A stretch of 64,000 nt of DNA from Prevotella sp. (GTDB taxonomy: Bacteria; Bacteroidota; Bacteroidia; Bacteroidales; Bacteroidaceae), in assembly GCA_017965725.1 (NCBI GenBank), contig JAGCPK010000112.1, positions 5,673 to 69,672 on the forward strand, given 5' to 3'. The notes below the pieces were generated by a model that did not search any database, was not told where the DNA came from, and saw only the letters and a list, made by a program, of their open reading frames with translations. A program made the position numbers and the translations under genes. Positions 61,016-64,000 of the stretch are shown piece by piece. How positions within the stretch are numbered: position 1 is the first letter of the stretch; each line of letters starts with the position of its first letter.

Positions 61016-64000
61016 ATGAAACAAAAATCATTGAATCAACAAAACCTGACAAGAAGGCTAAGACGGCTTTTGGTGTTGTTTGCAGTGCTCCTCCTACCGT
61101 TTGGTGCGAGGGCATACACTTATCTTGAGTATAGCAATGGATCGTTCGGAACGGAAACCATCAAAGAAAGCGAAGGCTACACGATGGTTTTAAGTTCAAC
61201 TAGTTCAACAACTCGGGTATCGATGGGAACAGGCTGGTATATATTGGGAGAGAACGCAGTCATCAATGCCCCTATTGAAATCTCTGGTCATACCAAACTC
61301 CTTCTCTGTGACGGCTGTACACTGACGGCATCACAAGGTATCGTCGTTCCTGCTGGAAGTTCACTGACCATCTATGGCCAGACTAATGGCACTGGTACAC
61401 TGATTGCTTCAGCACGCGACGATTGGGACGACCAAAACCATTCTAGTGCATACTTTAGTGCCGCCATTGGCGGATCCTATTATGTGGAAAATGACGGTCA
61501 AGCACGTGATTATGTACGATGCGGCAGCATTTATATCCACGGAGGTCAAATCACGGCTGATGCCTCCAACCAGGTCCACGTCGGTGATGCAGAGCAAGTT
61601 TTTGGTGGTTTAACTAGTTCAACCGGCATCGCTGCCGGTATCGGTGGCTGCGGTATTGGGACTGGTAGCGGTTCAGATGGTGGCATAGTAGAGATCTATG
61701 GTGGCACTGTGACGGCAATAGGAAGTAGCACAGGTGCCGGTATCGGCGGCGGTTACGGAGGTAATGGCGGTACCGTCAAGATATATGGCGGTACTGTGAC
61801 GGCTACTGGCGGTAGCGATGGTTCTACAAGTGCTCAGGGAATTGGAGCAGGTAACAGTGGTTCAGACAACGGCACGCTGACACTCTATAAGGGTGTCACC
61901 TGCTATGGTGACGACAATACGAATCCTCCGACGAGCAACCTCGTGACTGGTTCATCCTCAGGTAGCGCTGTTAACGACCGATATCGATATATGAATGCCA
62001 TTCTGCCAACCTATGACCTGATCGTTGCAGGTGTACAAGTGACAGAGGCTAATGGTGATGATATCTTTAACGATGGTACGGTGACATTCTCCTCACAAGT
62101 CAGTATGACAGATGGCTCAACCTACTATACGCTGACACTGGATGGTGCTACTCTGACTGACCCGATCGAAGTTGGTTTGCCTAACCTCACTATCGATATT
62201 AAGGGAACGAACAGCATTACGACTTCGACTGAGCCCTGTCTCAAAGTGTATGGCACACCGGCAGCGTCACCTGCACTGACCTTCAAATCGACCAGCAGCA
62301 CAGTAGGAACCCTGACGCTGACAAATACAGATAATGTTGGTGTAAGTGAGATTGGTAACGTCACTGTCAGCAAGGAACTCGCACCGATGTTAACGGTTTA
62401 TGAAACAGATGATTATACTTCCTATATGTACTACTTCACGGACGGTTCAACATCTAAAGCCAGATTTGTTCCTTCGTATGGTGTGAAGATTGATGAGAAG
62501 TTTATTTATGCAGGCAATGCAACAGACTTCTTCAAAGATGGCACAGTCAGTTTTGATCAATCCACGCATACCCTGACGCTGAACAATGCCAGCACGGGGG
62601 CCATCGGCACCTCACTTTCAGACTTAACAATCGAAGTGGTAGGCAATAATACGCTTTCGTCAGGCAGTTCTTCAACATTTGAGAGTTTAACCGGTGACCC
62701 TGTGACGGTGACCATTCAGTCAACAGCCACACCCACAGGATGTTTGAGACTGAATATGTCTTATTCATCATCAAACGTTTTCGCTGGCAATAATGTGACT
62801 TTGAACATTGCCACTCCGTTGGATGTTGCCTCAGGTGATTTGAATTCTAATACCTCTAATGATAATAATGTCATGATCAGTGAACTTCCAGGTTACGACT
62901 TGGTTGTAAATAAAATCCCAGTAGTAGCCGCCAATGCTTCGAGCATCATAAAAGATTATAATGGCAGGACATTGGCCTCATTCGATGCTTCAACCAACAC
63001 CCTGACATTTGACGGTTATTCTCTGAATATTAGTTCATTTAATGATCGTAATGTTGTCTCGAGTAATATTAATGGGCTGAAGATAAAATTAGTCGGCGAC
63101 AACACCATCGAAATGGCAAATGAAAAAGTATTTAAATATACAGGCTCGGGGACTTCTACTTTGACTTTTGAAACTGATAATTCCTCTGTTTATGGTGGTT
63201 TATCTGTTAGTGGTATTTCTTCAGTGGCTGACATGCTTGAAAATTATACCATTACCAACAGCAGTACATGGGAGGATGCAGGAGCCGGTAGCACTACATC
63301 GGGCTGGAAATATACGGAATCAAGTTCAGAGGTTGATATATGGTATCAGAATGCTTATGACTTGACGGTAGCTGGAACAACGGTGACGTCACGTAATATG
63401 GATGACATTCTCGGAAGCAAAAACGTGTCATTTACCCCAGACGACGGAACGAATGGTAACATCCTGACACTGAATGGTGCCACGCTGACAGGTGGAATCG
63501 TCAACGGACTTGACAACCTGACCATTTATCTGAAAGGAGAGAACGTGATAACAGGAGCAAACGATCAAAACCAGTTGGCAACAGGTATCTCTTCCACAGC
63601 ATCCACTGCCACGCTGACCTTCACATCTGATCTTAACGCCGACAACACTCCAACGGGTAAACTTTTGTTCCCATACGTGAACATATCAATAGATGGATTC
63701 GCATCGTGCGATTATAATTCCGGATTGGACTTTATTAGCTTAGGTGAAGAATACACGCCTGCAGGTGCAACAGGATCATCCATCAATGTCAATGCCGTTA
63801 CAAATGTCACCTATTTCGAAATCGGTACTGATAAGATTACCAGTGCCAACCGCGCCACTGCAAGCATAACGCCTGCTGGAGGATCAGGAACGATCAGTTA
63901 TGATGCCAGTAACCGGACTTTGACATTGGATGGTGTCAATACGAATCTGACAATAAACAGCTATATAGAACAAGATTTGACAGTAGCGGTTAAGGGCACT
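61016..64000 (+). CDS. Large exported repeat-rich surface protein (3'-partial, missing from the ORF track)
   Basis: ATG 61016 MKQKSLNQQ...LLLPFGARA signal; no in-frame stop seen to the window end; GAGIGGG/IYGGTVTA repeats, then ~150-aa YDL.VAG..VT..N...TLTL repeats; -7 box at 60947. Confidence 0.88.
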   Translation, partial: MKQKSLNQQNLTRRLRRLLVLFAVLLLPFGARAYTYLEYSNGSFGTETIKESEGYTMVLSSTSSTTRVSMGTGWYILGENAVINAPIEISGHTKLLLCDGCTLTASQGIVVPAGSSLTIYGQTNGTGTLIASARDDWDDQNHSSAYFSAAIGGSYYVENDGQARDYVRCGSIYIHGGQITADASNQVHVGDAEQVFGGLTSSTGIAAGIGGCGIGTGSGSDGGIVEIYGGTVTAIGSSTGAGIGGGYGGNGGTVKIYGGTVTATGGSDGSTSAQGIGAGNSGSDNGTLTLYKGVTCYGDDNTNPPTSNLVTGSSSGSAVNDRYRYMNAILPTYDLIVAGVQVTEANGDDIFNDGTVTFSSQVSMTDGSTYYTLTLDGATLTDPIEVGLPNLTIDIKGTNSITTSTEPCLKVYGTPAASPALTFKSTSSTVGTLTLTNTDNVGVSEIGNVTVSKELAPMLTVYETDDYTSYMYYFTDGSTSKARFVPSYGVKIDEKFIYAGNATDFFKDGTVSFDQSTHTLTLNNASTGAIGTSLSDLTIEVVGNNTLSSGSSSTFESLTGDPVTVTIQSTATPTGCLRLNMSYSSSNVFAGNNVTLNIATPLDVASGDLNSNTSNDNNVMISELPGYDLVVNKIPVVAANASSIIKDYNGRTLASFDASTNTLTFDGYSLNISSFNDRNVVSSNINGLKIKLVGDNTIEMANEKVFKYTGSGTSTLTFETDNSSVYGGLSVSGISSVADMLENYTITNSSTWEDAGAGSTTSGWKYTESSSEVDIWYQNAYDLTVAGTTVTSRNMDDILGSKNVSFTPDDGTNGNILTLNGATLTGGIVNGLDNLTIYLKGENVITGANDQNQLATGISSTASTATLTFTSDLNADNTPTGKLLFPYVNISIDGFASCDYNSGLDFISLGEEYTPAGATGSSINVNAVTNVTYFEIGTDKITSANRATASITPAGGSGTISYDASNRTLTLDGVNTNLTINSYIEQDLTVAVKGT

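Noticed and set aside
61404-63365. Small ORFs 61404..63365
   Set aside because: Nested in the long plus-strand CDS starting at 61016

Overview
A 64 kb core-chromosome segment of a Bacteroidota bacterium, most likely a Prevotella/Xylanibacter-type genome. The assignment is inferred from TAnnTTTG -7 promoters, a short RpoD lacking region 1.1, the rseC-rnfBCDGEA order and a general lack of Shine-Dalgarno sites. It is mostly housekeeping: rnpB, degP, rpoD, gyrA, clpC, nadE, rsmG, dnaN, recN, dnaB, ispE, galE, kdgK/eda, pfp, tRNA-Arg(UCU), rnf, metH and smpB, ending in a large repeat-rich surface protein cut by the window edge. No CRISPR, prophage or intact transposase was seen. The most unusual signals are: (1) two copies, 55 kb apart, of a ~420-bp non-coding element (imperfect inverted repeat around an AT-rich core, then about five 42-bp units in 21-bp phase), one inside a ~1 kb segment bounded by 59-bp inverted repeats next to an ORF6N relic, plus a possible third diverged array between dnaB and ispE; (2) a 1059-aa sensor kinase built of two modules, one with an intact ATPase but no phospho-His and one with His but a dead ATPase; (3) strand-biased heptamer repeats that also encode the hydrophobic cores of signal peptides in unrelated genes.
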